64,000 bases of DNA from the NCBI GenBank assembly GCA_965644315.1, contig CBFFRQ010000079.1:248001-312000 (forward strand). The letters run 5' to 3'. Position 1 is the first letter of the stretch. Every line of letters begins with the position of its first letter. Shown here piece after piece: positions 10,434-21,676 of the stretch. Both the position numbers and the translations under genes were made by a program. Under the pieces are notes generated by a model. It saw nothing but the letters and a program-made list of their open reading frames with translations, was not told where the DNA came from and ran no database searches. Origin of the DNA: Caecitellus pseudoparvulus (Eukaryota > Protista > Bigyra: Bicosoecida).

Positions 10434-12586
10434 TCACTCAGGTGACCGGGGCACAGTGCTTGACATGACGGCGTACTTGCGAGCCGTGGTGGCGACAGAG
10501 CTGCCCAGGGAGCCGTGCTCCACCCCCCGAGGCTCGATGGTGGACAGGGCCTCCCGCAGGGCTCGATCCCCCGGCACTTGGAAACGCGGCACGGTGCTGT
10601 TGAGCGTGCTGCTGCTGCGCGCTGGCTCCTTCACGCGCACACTGCTGGAGGTGTCAGAGTAGTAGTGCCCTGGCGGGCGCCCGACGCGGGGGGAGCGCTG
10701 GGCTGTCCGCCCTGCCGGCGTCTTCACGCGGATGGTGGCCGGCAGGGCTTTCCGGGCGCGAGCTGCAGGGCTGCTGCCCTGCCCCATGCGCCCACTGCCA
10801 GGCGCCCCGCCAGCGTACAGCTTGGCGGGCGCCGCGCCGATGGCGTAGTCGGCGTCCTCCGTGGCCAGGATCTTCTTCACAGTGGCGGCGTCGTAGCCGT
10901 CGCCCGCCAGGCGTGCGGCGAGGCCTTTCCGCCTGCGCTCCAAGACGTTGCTGGGCGCTGTGGCTGGCCGTGCAGCGCGGGGGTCGCCGCTCAAATACAC
11001 GCTGACATCCACCTGCGCCGCGTTGGCAGACTTGCCCGTCGGGGCGATGGCGGCGTACTTGCGGGGGGAAGTGGCCACAGCCGTGGCAAGGGTCTTGTTG
11101 TGCCCAGTGTCGGTGTTGTACACCTGGTCAGTGTGCACGTGCCGCGCGACGGGGGGGCGGTGGGTGGTGGAGATGTACCCCCCTCGTCCGCCCTTCCACG
11201 CGCCCAGCTCCCGCTCCATGCTGAAGTTGGACACCAGCGCCGCGCCCACCTTCTTGGATGTGGTGCGTCCGACCTTGTTCATGGGCAGCGTGATGCTGCG
11301 TTTGCGGGTGCTGATGGCGCGGTCGTGGTCCTCTGTGCGGTATGTGCCGGGTCCCAGGTGGGGTGCTGCCGACGTGCCGCGCCCCCACTTGTTCCACCGC
11401 CCGCTCTTGCTGCGCATGACACTGAGCTTATTGGCGCTGCGCAAGATGGAGGTGGCCATGGTGGTCTTGCTGCCGCCGTCAGCGGCTGGCGTCTCCTGAC
11501 GCGCCAGTGCCGCCTTCAACCCCCGGTCCTGCTCGTACCGGCTCATGGGCGTCGAGCCGCTGAAGCGAGGGACGGAGGAGGTGAACACGGCCGCTGCCCC
11601 GTGCTGCCCGGCGGGGCGCCGCTGCAGCGTGTCCATGGCCCTGGACAGCTGCTCCACCCCTGCGAAGTCGATGTCTGCAAGGGCGGCCTGGTACTTGGGG
11701 TCCCTCCCGCTACCCCCCACGACGGCCCCTGCGAAGCGTGGCACGGTAGAGCGCATCCCAGCGTAGGAGCGCGGGGACTGCGCCACGGCTGTGGCCAAGC
11801 TCTTGTTCGTGCCACAGTCCGCGTCGTGGAATTCAGCGGCTGGCGTGGCGGTGGCCTTGGCGCGCAGCTTGCCTCGTCGCGAGGGGTGGCGTCCGGAGGC
11901 TGAGGATGGCGGTGCGGACTGCTTGGGGGGGGGCGCGATGCGGGCTGAGGTGGACCTGGGCCGGTCAGGGCGCTCGGGGATGAGGGTGGAGGTGTGGGCT
12001 GGGCCAAGGTGGCTCAGGCTGGTGTCGGGCTTTGAAATGCGCGCCGTGCCACTGCGCATGACGCCGTACACCCGAGGGGACTTCTTCAGCGCCGTGGTGA
12101 TGCTGGCCTTGGCGCCTGAATCCACATTGTAGTCCACGTCGCTGTAGGTTTGGCTGCCCCACTTGTAGCGGAAACGGGGCGCAGTGCTGCGCATGGAGCT
12201 GTACAGTCGGGGAGAGCGTTGGACATCGGTGACGAGGGAGGCCTTGGGGCCTTTCCCTTCGATGTCGTAAATGCCCTCTGCAGGGTGTGGCGGGGCCAGG
12301 GGAGTGCAGGGGGCGCGTCGCACGCGGCGGTCGCCGCGACGCCCGCCTCACCTGTTGTGGCCTTGGCTTCCTGAAAGCGCGGGCGAGCGGAGCGCATGGT
12401 GGAGACGAAGTTCTGGCCATCGCGAATGTTGCCTGCAATGTCCTTGGAGGGCGCTGTGCTGGGCCGCCCCACGACGCCGCGCAAGAAAGGCTTGTCTGCA
12501 GCAGACGCCTGCGCAGCCTCCAGTCTGGCCTGGCTCAGGGCCGGAGTGCCGCCCCCCCGGCTGCTGCCCCTTGTGGACTTTGGCAT
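10434..12586 (-). CDS. SHIPPO/STPG-like repeat protein, probably ciliary microtubule-associated; exons 12586-12352 and 12277-10434
   Basis: Recurrent SPRxY..MxSTxPRF and HLGPGTY/PPGHYY motifs. A 74-nt GT-AG intron at 12278-12351 keeps the phase. Confidence 0.55.
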
Positions 12587-12824
12587 GCCGTCTGTCCTTT
12601 GACGCACGCGCAATGTGCTGCATGCGTGCCTGGGAGGTGTCGTGGGTTCACGGCGTGCGGGGTTTGCAGCATGACGGCCACTGCACAACCAAGCAGTAGT
12701 TGCCACGGCGCAAAACCCGCACGATTCACCGCAGGGCACTGTACCCGTTGTGCTGTGCATTGTCTCCCGTCGCGCCTCCTGGCGCTGTGCTGGCGAGTGG
12801 GGCTGGGGGAGCCTGTGAGGCAGC

Positions 12825-14324
12825 ATGCTGCGGACGTGGGCCGTGCTGGTGGCAGCTGCAGCTGCGCTGCTGCTGCTGCCACGTGTGCAGGCGCTTGACT
12901 TCGACGCGGACGAGCACTTGGATGAGGAGGTGGCGCGAGCAGCCTTCCGCATCGCAGTGTCTGCAGACGGCGTGCAGTACACGAAGGAGGTGGGCTCGCT
13001 GGTCCTGACAGAGTCCATGAACCGGGCCTGGTGGGACCTCACAAGCGACGTCTTGGAGGCTTTCAGGGAGAAGAAGATTGGTGCGTGGGCCAGCCGCCTG
13101 CCCGCCCTGCGCCAGCAACACGTCCTCCCGAGCCTTGGTCACAGACTTGACAAGCAGGGTGCACCAGCATGCTCGCGCCCTGAAGCGCCAGCTGACCACC
13201 TTTGCAGACACTGTCAGCGCACGCAAGACTTCCAGCAGAGGGTGCGGATTTTGCCTGCGCTCACGCACACCTTCCCTGGAAACCGTAGCTCAAGGGGCCC
13301 TGCATGGCTCTTGCTGCAGTGCTGGGTGACCTGCACTTGCCGTCTGCATTGTGCCTTGTGTTGCAGCCAGCATGCAGTGCTTTGGGCGCGCGCTGTGGCG
13401 AGGTTTTCGCCGGTCTGGCCCACCACGCCACGCAGCACTCTCGCGCGCGCCCCCCCCTTCGCAGCATCTCCCCCGCTTTCCAGTGGGCGCAGTCCCCCGA
13501 GTTCCTGTACTTGAACGTCAAGTTCTCTGCGAAGTGGGACACGTGCGTCGTGCTGCCCCTGCCGCGTGCCTCGCCCCCCCGCTTCACACGCACCTTGCAC
13601 GGAGCGCCATCGCAGCCCCGCTACACTCGGATGCGAGCTGGAAGATGTGACCTTCCCCAAGCCCAACTTCGTCGTCTTCGCCGCCAACTGCCCCCGCAGC
13701 CGCAAGCGCTTCGAGCTGAAGCTGGAGCTGTTCGGGGACGTGCAGTTGGAGGGGTCCACCTGGAGCATGCAGAGCGTCGGGCGAGCGTCCCTGACCATTA
13801 AGAAGGCGGCTGCCGGCGTCTGGCCCCGCCTGCTGCAGGGCAAGGCCAAGCCCGGCAATCTGCACGTGTGGTGGACCATGAAGGACCGCCACGACAAGGA
13901 GAACAGCAACTTCTCCGCCACCAACAAGCGGCCCACGCCGGCTCCGGACGCCGCTAAGGCTGACGCGCCAGAGCCGACGCCGGCGGCAGAGGCCACGCCC
14001 AGCGCGTCGCCCACCCCCACGCCAACGCAAGACCCCCTGACGGCTGCTCTGGCGGACCTCTCCTCCAAGCACCGTGTCGCTCTGGACGCCATCAGTGCCG
14101 AGCGCAAGGCGGCTGTGACCAAGCTGGAGGAGGCGGCGAAGGCCGCGAAGGCAGCCCTGGACCAGGAGGTGGAGGACAAGAAGGCTGCCATTGACAAGCA
14201 GCTGGAAGAGGAAAGGAAGGAAGTGGATGCCTCTATCTCCGCCCGCCGCACGGAGTTGCGCGAGAAGCACGTGAAGGAGCGCTTGGCAGTTCGGGCTGAG
14301 CACGGGGCCAAGGAGGACCTTTGA
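12825..14324 (+). CDS. ER-type p23/CS-domain (HSP20-like fold) protein with signal peptide and C-terminal KEDL, multi-exon
   Basis: Hydrophobic leader MLRTWAVLVAAAAALLLLPRVQA. CS-domain motifs SPAFQWAQSPEFLYLNVKF, FELKLELF and WPRLL..K..NLHVWW. Coiled-coil tail ending AKEDL. Introns start near 13081, 13242 and 13543. Confidence 0.65.
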
Positions 14325-14478
14325 CGTCTCAATGCACCCCAGTAGCAACTTTTCACCACAGGGCTTTGCTGACAGGCAGAGGACCCACCTGTTGCATGAC
14401 CCACGCTCTTCCACCTGCTTGGGATCGCGCAGGCGCAGAGCAGCGTGACGTGGGAAGACCAATTTCCGCAGGAGCAGC

Positions 14479-15029
14479 ATGGCGTCGAAAATTCGCGGCG
14501 TGTATGAAGAGCGATGGGACACGCCGCCCATCGTGGAAGAGTACAAGCAAGCCAAGTTGTCTCGTGCACGGAGCCGGTGGAGGGCATACAAGTACATCAC
14601 GTACGGCGTGACGGCGGCAGCGGCAGCTCTGGTGCTGCTGGATGAGAGTATTTCCGGCAAGCGCGCCGCTGCCAACGCGAACTACGGTCTGGGAGGGGTG
14701 AGTGACTGCCGAGCCAAGTGCATTGCACAGCTGCGTGCAGCCTGGCCCTCTGCCCCACACAGCTGCACCGGCTGAAGGTGGCGTTGTTGGAGGCGTGGGC
14801 GGAGGACAGGCCCATGATGCCGGTTGTGGCCCAAGCGCTTGAGCCCATCCACGTGGAGCGGGAGTACCCACACTTCACGCCGCTGGAGCTGCGCCACGTC
14901 GAGCGCCGTCTCATTGCCGACGGGCTGCTCAGTGAGGCGGACCTGACCCCCCTCCCAGAGGGTGTGCAGGAGGCTGCGCGGGGCGGCGAGGAGGAGGAGG
15001 GGGCCGCCCCTACCCTCGAGGCTCGGTGA
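14479..15029 (+). CDS. Small hypothetical single-TM protein, exons 14479-14697 and 14763-15029
   Basis: A 65-nt phase-0 intron (GTGAGT..CACAG) joins two ORFs. Hydrophobic segment YITYGVTAAAAALVLL. Confidence 0.5.
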
Positions 15030-16377
15030 CTTGCGCTGCTTGCAAGAGCGGCAGGACGACCTTCCTGGAGGCGCTAGCGTTGCCCTGGGTCAGCAGAGCG
15101 ACCTGCCAGTCGCTGAAGGCGGCGCCGGTGTCCAGGTCTGGGAGGGGGGCTGTGTCCAGGCCCGCCTCGGGGGCGTTCACAGCCGCCAGCAGTGGCGCGT
15201 GCATGTGCTGCGCCGTGGGCGGCGTCAGCAGCGCAAGCTGCCTGTGGGGTGTACCGTCCTGCAGGGTCAGTGTCATGATGACCAGCGTGTCAGCCTGCGC
15301 CTCCTGCAGCATGCCAAGCGCCTGCTCCGCCAGGGGCGGCTGCCCCTCCCCTTGCACCAGCAGGGACTGCAGGGGTGCCAGGACGGCGGCCACGGCGACA
15401 GTGCCGCCGCCGCCCGCGCAAGGGCGCACCTTGGTGTCCATGCGCAGCGCCTGGGCCAGTGTCAGGGCAGCCCAGAATGCAGGGTCGAACTTGGCGGCAT
15501 TCGCGGCAGCGTGCAGGGTCGCCCAGGCGGGCGGCACGTCGGCGCGTGCGACGTGCTCGCCGCGCGCGACGGCCTGGGCGATGGCAGCGACAGCCTGCGC
15601 GTCCCCTGCCTCAGCAGCAGACAAGGCCGCCACTGCCGCGATGTCCAGGGGCGTCGTCTTGCTGGGGTCCTGCAGCCTCGCCGTGTCCAGCAGGATGACG
15701 CTGCCGAGCAGCGCTGGCAGGGCGTGGGCGGCGCCGTCAGGCCCCAGGGCCGCAGCCGCACTGCAGGCGAAGGCGTACCCCACTAAGGAGCAGGTGCTGC
15801 CGACGCCTTGCCGAGTTGCTGCGTCGAAGGCGACACATCTGCCGCTGGCAGGTTGCAGGGCGGCGGCAGCGGCTGCCGCTGCTAGGGCCTGTGCGGCAGT
15901 GGCGTGGGGCGCTGGGGGGGTGCTGGGCTCCAGACACGTGACGTGCTTGCACGCGCCGCCGTCGACGTGGTGGTCCAGAATGGCCACGACAGCTTCTGCG
16001 CTGCAGTGGCTGGCCACTGCGCCCTCGGGCGCGTTGTGGTCCACCAGCGCCACCTGCGCCCGCGGTGCCGCGTCAGCCCATGGGAAGTCATCCACGTACA
16101 GCAGGTCACCTGCCGTCATGTCTGCATGCTTCAGCAGTGCTGCAAGCTCCGGCTTCAGCGCGCCTTGCGCTCGGGGGCAGCTAGCGAGAGGCACTGGCTG
16201 GGCTGAGCACCCCAGCTGCTGCACGAGGGCAGCCAGGCCCAGTGCTGAGATGATGCTGTCAGCGTCGGCAGCTTCATTCCCTATGGCAAGCAGCAGTGGG
16301 CCTGACCCCTCGATGCTTTTCCTTGCACTGGAAAGCAGGGCCTGCAAGCCGCTGCCTGCCGCAACGGCCGCTGCCAT
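15010..16377 (-). CDS. PRUNE: Exopolyphosphatase PPX1/PRUNE-like, DHH family
   Basis: GNEAADADS, LVDHN, ILDHH, VGSTCSLV, VILLDT and the C-terminal DHHA2 motif ASRKVVLP. Confidence 0.88.
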   Translation of the reverse strand: MAAAVAAGSGLQALLSSARKSIEGSGPLLLAIGNEAADADSIISALGLAALVQQLGCSAQPVPLASCPRAQGALKPELAALLKHADMTAGDLLYVDDFPWADAAPRAQVALVDHNAPEGAVASHCSAEAVVAILDHHVDGGACKHVTCLEPSTPPAPHATAAQALAAAAAAAALQPASGRCVAFDAATRQGVGSTCSLVGYAFACSAAAALGPDGAAHALPALLGSVILLDTARLQDPSKTTPLDIAAVAALSAAEAGDAQAVAAIAQAVARGEHVARADVPPAWATLHAAANAAKFDPAFWAALTLAQALRMDTKVRPCAGGGGTVAVAAVLAPLQSLLVQGEGQPPLAEQALGMLQEAQADTLVIMTLTLQDGTPHRQLALLTPPTAQHMHAPLLAAVNAPEAGLDTAPLPDLDTGAAFSDWQVALLTQGNASASRKVVLPLLQAAQVTEPRG

Positions 16378-16807
16378 GGCCTGCGGAATTTGCCTGCCTC
16401 AACTTCAAACCGCTTGGGCTAGGCACAGGTGGCGGGGAGAGGTGTAAAGGGTCTAAAACCTTGAAGTGGGCGGCGATTTGAGTTTGGTGGTGGAGCCACT
16501 TTTAGTGCAGGGAGTTGGTGCAAGCTTCTGTACGACGCAGCAGGCAGCATGCCCAGTGCCCCTGCTACTGGCAGCACCCTCGCCAGGCACACGAGGAGGG
16601 AAAGGCAGAATACACACAACACCACATTGACTGACGCCTGTGGTACCGTGCAGGGAGCCTGCGAGCAGCCGCATGTCCTCGGCTGCTCTCCATGTGCGAG
16701 CGCTTGCGCCGCTGCAGGGTGCACGCGGCAGTATCAACGCCTGAGCTTGGGCGTCTGCAGTGCTGCTGGTGACGCGCAGCGCTGCGTAGACTCGGCTCTG
16801 CGGAGGC

Positions 16808-19800
16808 ATGGAGTCCACGGCATGGCCTTTGGACGGCAGCCTGCTCGGCATTGGCTCGTTGATCCTCATCTCCATCAGCTTGGTCACGTTCATGCTGTGG
16901 TCTGAGCTGCAAGCCGAGGCAAGAGGGAAAGGCGGCTCAGGCTCCTTGCTGGGCCCCACTGCCGGCGATGCTCTGGAGGACGACGACAGTCCCCGAGGCC
17001 TGCTGGAGCGCTGCATGCAGCGGGTGGAGCTCGTGCGTGCGCTTTGCCTGGTTGCCAGCGTTTCACGCTGACACAGCGCCTGAAACTCTGCCACCTGTCG
17101 CACCCCTTGCGCTGGCCGCCCCCGCCACAGGCCGTGCGACTGTGCCAAAGCATCGAACTGGTAAGGCTGAGCAGCACCCCTCAGACAAGAGCCCAGTTCG
17201 TGCTGCGCGTGCCCAGCGATGGCTCGCCGCCAGTAATGGGCCCTGTGCGCATGCTGCATCCACGAGAGGCACCTGCACCCCCCGCGGCAGTGCCAGCAGC
17301 CTCCCGCACTGCAGTGGACCCCGGCATTCATGCCTGCGTGTACCTCCTGGACCCCCCTGTTGGACAGGCCGAGGGTGATGGTGAGGCAGGCTACCCCCGC
17401 CTCCGCCACGCAGCTGGCGCTGGCGGGCAGGGTGACGCGCCTGACTCCACCGTCGGCGCAGCACGGGCGTACTTCGTGCTGCAGTCTGCAGACTTCAATG
17501 AAGACGCGTATGGGGAAGAGGCCTGCATCCAGGAGGAAGCTGCCCAGCTGGCGCCGGGGTTGCCACAGTGGGTGGCGCACTTGCCACTGGGCGGCCCCCT
17601 GCCGCCACACCACCCAGCACGGCAGCCCATCACCCTGCCCACCCGCCCATCCTCTGCGGAGGACCCTGTGCACGACAACGGCCCTGAGGCGACGCCGGGG
17701 GCGGCGGCAGGCTCGGCGCTGTCGTGGCTCTTGCTGGTTGCTGCCCAGACACGGGAGGTGCAGGAGGCCCCCTCCCTGGGCAGGGTGACTGTCCTGCGGC
17801 AGGCAGTGGAGGACTTGGGCTTGCGTGGGGAGGCACTGGCCTGTGCCAGTGTCGGGTACCCTGAAGAGGGCCGCTTCACGCTGGAGGTGCCTGTTGAGGC
17901 TGGCGCCGTGGGCGGGGGCGCCCCCCGCTCCGCGCCGCCGCCTGCCCTGCCCACGTGTGTCTTTGTCAGGCAGGGCGGGAGGGAGCTGAGGCAGGCGGGG
18001 GAAGCTGTCCAGGCCCTTGGCTCTGGCGCCCCCCTCGTGCTGGGCGTGGACCTCACCATCCCCGTGGGCTTGCCGGGCCTGCGGGCAACCCCGCCCGCCA
18101 GCGCGCACGGTGGTGGCGGCGACGGGCCTCAGGCGGCAGCCTTGACTGGTCCCACCCCCTCGCCTGCGCCAAGCGAGTGGCCGGCGCCCTCCTCCCCAGC
18201 TGCAGCATGCCGGCTGTCGCCGTATGACGAGGAGGCCTGTGCAGAGGCAGGGGGGGGGGTGGACGCCGGCCACGTATCAGCATCCCTGCCTGTCGCCCAG
18301 CGCCGCCAACGCGAGGCCTCTGCTGCCGCCAACGACCCGGCGGGCAGCAGCCTGACGGCCCTACTGCGCAGCTGCCTGGCGTACCGTGACCACGCCACGC
18401 AGCTGGCCACCGCCAGCGTGCAGAGCATTCAGAGCCTGCTGCGGCACACGGGTCAGGCGCCGGCGTCAGGACCAGCGGAGTGGCGCGTCGCCCTGGGGCT
18501 GGTGGCGGGCACGCTGCAGACAGCGCTGGATTCCCTGGACTCGGCCATCATGGAGTGCCCCGTGGACGCGCACCACACGGCGGCGGTCCTGCGCCTGACG
18601 CGCGCCGCGCTACTGGCCACACCCACGCTGCACGTGTGGCACGCGGTGGTGTGCGACTGCAGCACAGCGCTGGGGCACCTCACCATCCTCGCCAGTGCAC
18701 CCCGGCACCATGCCCTGCCGCCCGCCGACGGTGGAGCCAAGCCCGCCGCTTCCGTCTTCCAGCCCATCCCAGCGCTGCAGCTGCGGGCACTGTTCCTGCG
18801 CAGCCTGGCACACGCCTGCAGCGGGCAGTGGAGCCCCGCCCTCAACGATGCTGCGGCGGTGGCTGAGCTGCTGCTGGTGCCGCCCCCCTGCCCGCTGCCG
18901 CCAGCGCCCCCCTCAGCCGGCCCTTCAGCCTCTAAGACGTGGCCCGCCCAGGACGTGCAGTGGACAGACGCAGACGCAGTGCGCGGCGTCGTGGGACGCC
19001 TGGCGTCCGCTGCCGAGGCGATGGTCGCGGCGCCCGACGGCCCCTCCGCTGCCTTGGCACACCAGGCCTCAGACGAGTGGTCGCCCTGGTGTCGCCTGGC
19101 GGTGGAGCCTGCCGCCCTCATAGCGGCACTGGAGCCAGTGGCATCCAGCCACATGGGGCCTGCCCTTCGCAGCAGCCTGGCGGCAGCCAGTGGTATGGCC
19201 CTCGGTCTGTCGCCTGGGGTGCCCCTGACTCTTGCCTGGCGTGTCGTGGACACTCACGCGCCAGCTGGCCTGACAGACCGCGACGGCTACTGGCACTCGG
19301 CGGCGCACTACAAGGGCAAGGCCTTCGTGTTTGGCGGCTTCAGCCACACGTCGCCTTGCCAGGAGCTGCTGGTGCTGAACGTGCGGGGGGGCACGTGGGC
19401 CGACTTGACACGCCTGCCCACACACCCCCCCGGCCCCGTGTACTTCCACACCGCCACCATGCTGGGGGAGCGCCTGGTGGTGCTGGGCGGCTGGGGCAGC
19501 CCCGAGACCGGCATGCACCTGACTGGCTGGGCCTTGGACGTCGCAACCCTCACCTGGCAGCGCCTGGTCGCGGGGGTGGAGGCGCGTGCGGCTGGCATGC
19601 GCACGCTGCGTCCCCCTGGGGGGGGGGACGAGACCGCCCCCGCCCCGGCCCCCTCCGGCACCGGGCCTGAGGCGGTGGAGCAAGGCCAAGTGGTGGCATC
19701 GCCCCCTGTGGACCGCATCTCACACTCTGCGACACGCATCGGGCCACAGGAGCTGCTGGTGCTGGGCGGCATGCACGGCGCAGCTGCAGCGTCAGGCGAG

Positions 19801-21654
19801 AGTGGCGGCTGTGTGTTCGACGACGCGTGGGTGCTGCACAGCCCCCCCGGTGGCGCTGCGTCCACGTGGACACAGGTGCACACGTGGGGCCCCGCCCCCT
19901 GCCCCCGGTATGGCCACACCGCCCTGCTGTGGGATCCGGCGGGCGTAATACCCTGTGACGGTGCACCGCCCTCCCGCCCCAGCCTCAGTCGGGCGGCCCT
20001 GCTGGCAGCCTGCCCTGCCCTGGCGGCGGCCGTGGCGACAGCAGAAGGGCACCTGGCGGCTCTGGGTGGTGACACCCGGACCGGCTGTGCGTCGCCGTGG
20101 CAGTGGCGGCCATGCAGCCTGGACATGGGGCCCCCTCCACCTCCCCCACCCGATGCGCCGTGGCAGCGCCCCGGCGAGCACACCACGGGCAAGGGCGGCA
20201 TGCTGCAGGTGCCCGTGGGCAGCGCCTTGACCTGCCTGCGGTGGGGCGCCTCGGACAGCCAGGGCCGAGCAGAGGACACCTCCTCCTTCCTCGTGCCGCA
20301 GAGCTGCATGGGGGAGGTGCCCCTGCCCGCCGCGCGCCAGGCGCTGCTGGGCGACCCCCACGGCGCAGACTCCCTGGCAAGCCAGGCCAAGGCCGCCCAC
20401 CAGCGCCTGGTCCACAGCCGGGGCCCCTACGTGGTGGTGTACGGCGGCAAGTGCAGCCCCGTGACGGTGGACGCGGCGCCGCTGCCCACAGTGCACCTGC
20501 TGGACGTGTCTGCATGGGTGTGGCTGCCAGTGGCGGCAGCCGGCACGCCGCCACCCTCCCCCATCCACCACGCGGCCGTGATGCTGGGCGACAGCATGGT
20601 GGTGGCGGGGGGCGGCGAGCCGGGCCGCATGTACCTCAGCGTCGCGGCGCTGCACCTGCCCACCATGTCCTGGCACAAGGTGCGGTCGGGGGGCGCCGCG
20701 CCACGCCAGGTGTGTGGGCACTCCCTCACCGTGCTGCCTCGCACGGCCGACGACCTGGGCGCCCTGGCGCCGCCGTCAGCCGCCTCTGCGCCGCTCTGGT
20801 GGGCCGACAGCTGCAGCTACGGCTACGGCGAGGTGGACGGCGTGCTGCTGCTGGGGGGCATGATGACGGACGCAGGCTCCGCCAGCCCCGCCTTCCACAC
20901 CTCCTCCCGCCAGCTGGACATCGCGCCCCTCCTGCGCCTGCCTGGCACCGCCGCCGCTGCCCTGCAGGCGTCCTCTGCCGACCTGGCAGCCCAGCTGGCG
21001 GAGCTGGAGGAGGCGTCCGACGGTGGCGGCGGCAAAGCCAAGCGCAAGCGCCGTCCACGGCGCCGAGGCGGCCGCGCACCCTCCTCAGACGCCCCCTTGC
21101 AGGAGGAGGGTGCGCAGGCCGAAGCGGCCCGTGACGGCGGGGAGGGTGTGCCGGTGTCCACGGCACCGGCACCCCCTGAGCCAGCGGCGGTGTCTCTGAG
21201 CAGCGCAGGCAGCGATGCCAGTGAGGACTCCGCCTCTGACAGCGAGGGCGACTTGGGCGACCTGTCCTTCGAGGAGCTCCTGCAGCGGGAGAAGGCCCGG
21301 GCGGCACGCAAGGGGCGGGCGGCAGCGGCGCCCGCCCCCCCGCCTCGCCCACGGGGGCCCAGTCTGGAGGAGGCCTTCGGAGCCTCACCAGGGCCAGGCA
21401 TGGGCGGGCTACCCGGCAGCACGCTGGGGGGCGGGTACGACTACACCGGCCCCGGCGAGCAGCCTGCTGGGGTCAGTGACTTCTTGCGCAGTGCGCTGTT
21501 GTCGGGTCCACAGGGTCTGGGCGCAGCAGGTGCACTAGGCAGTCCGCTGGGGCTGGGCAGTCTGGGACGAGGGGGGCGCTCCCTGGGCAGCCTGAGCGGC
21601 GTGGGCGGCGCCCTGGCGCCACCCTGGCTGCCGCCCTCGCAGCCGAGCAAGTGA
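16808..21654 (+). CDS. Large kelch-repeat protein with an N-terminal TM anchor; exons 16808-17032 and 17131-21654
   Basis: Six kelch-like blades (WHSAAHYKGKAFVFGG, FHTATMLGERLVVLGG, SHSATRIGPQELLVLGG, PRYGHTALL, HHAAVMLGDSMVVAGG, GHSLTV..LLLGG). A 98-nt phase-0 intron links the TM exon. Confidence 0.65.
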
Positions 21655-21668
21655 TGTTCGTCAGTACA

Positions 21669-21676
21669 AATGCATT
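21669..21676. terminator. Palindromic AATGCATT, candidate bidirectional 3'-end signal (also at 41449-41456)
   Basis: Lies in the 21-nt and 28-nt gaps between convergent stop codons. AATGCA recurs just downstream of many stops in the window. Confidence 0.5.
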
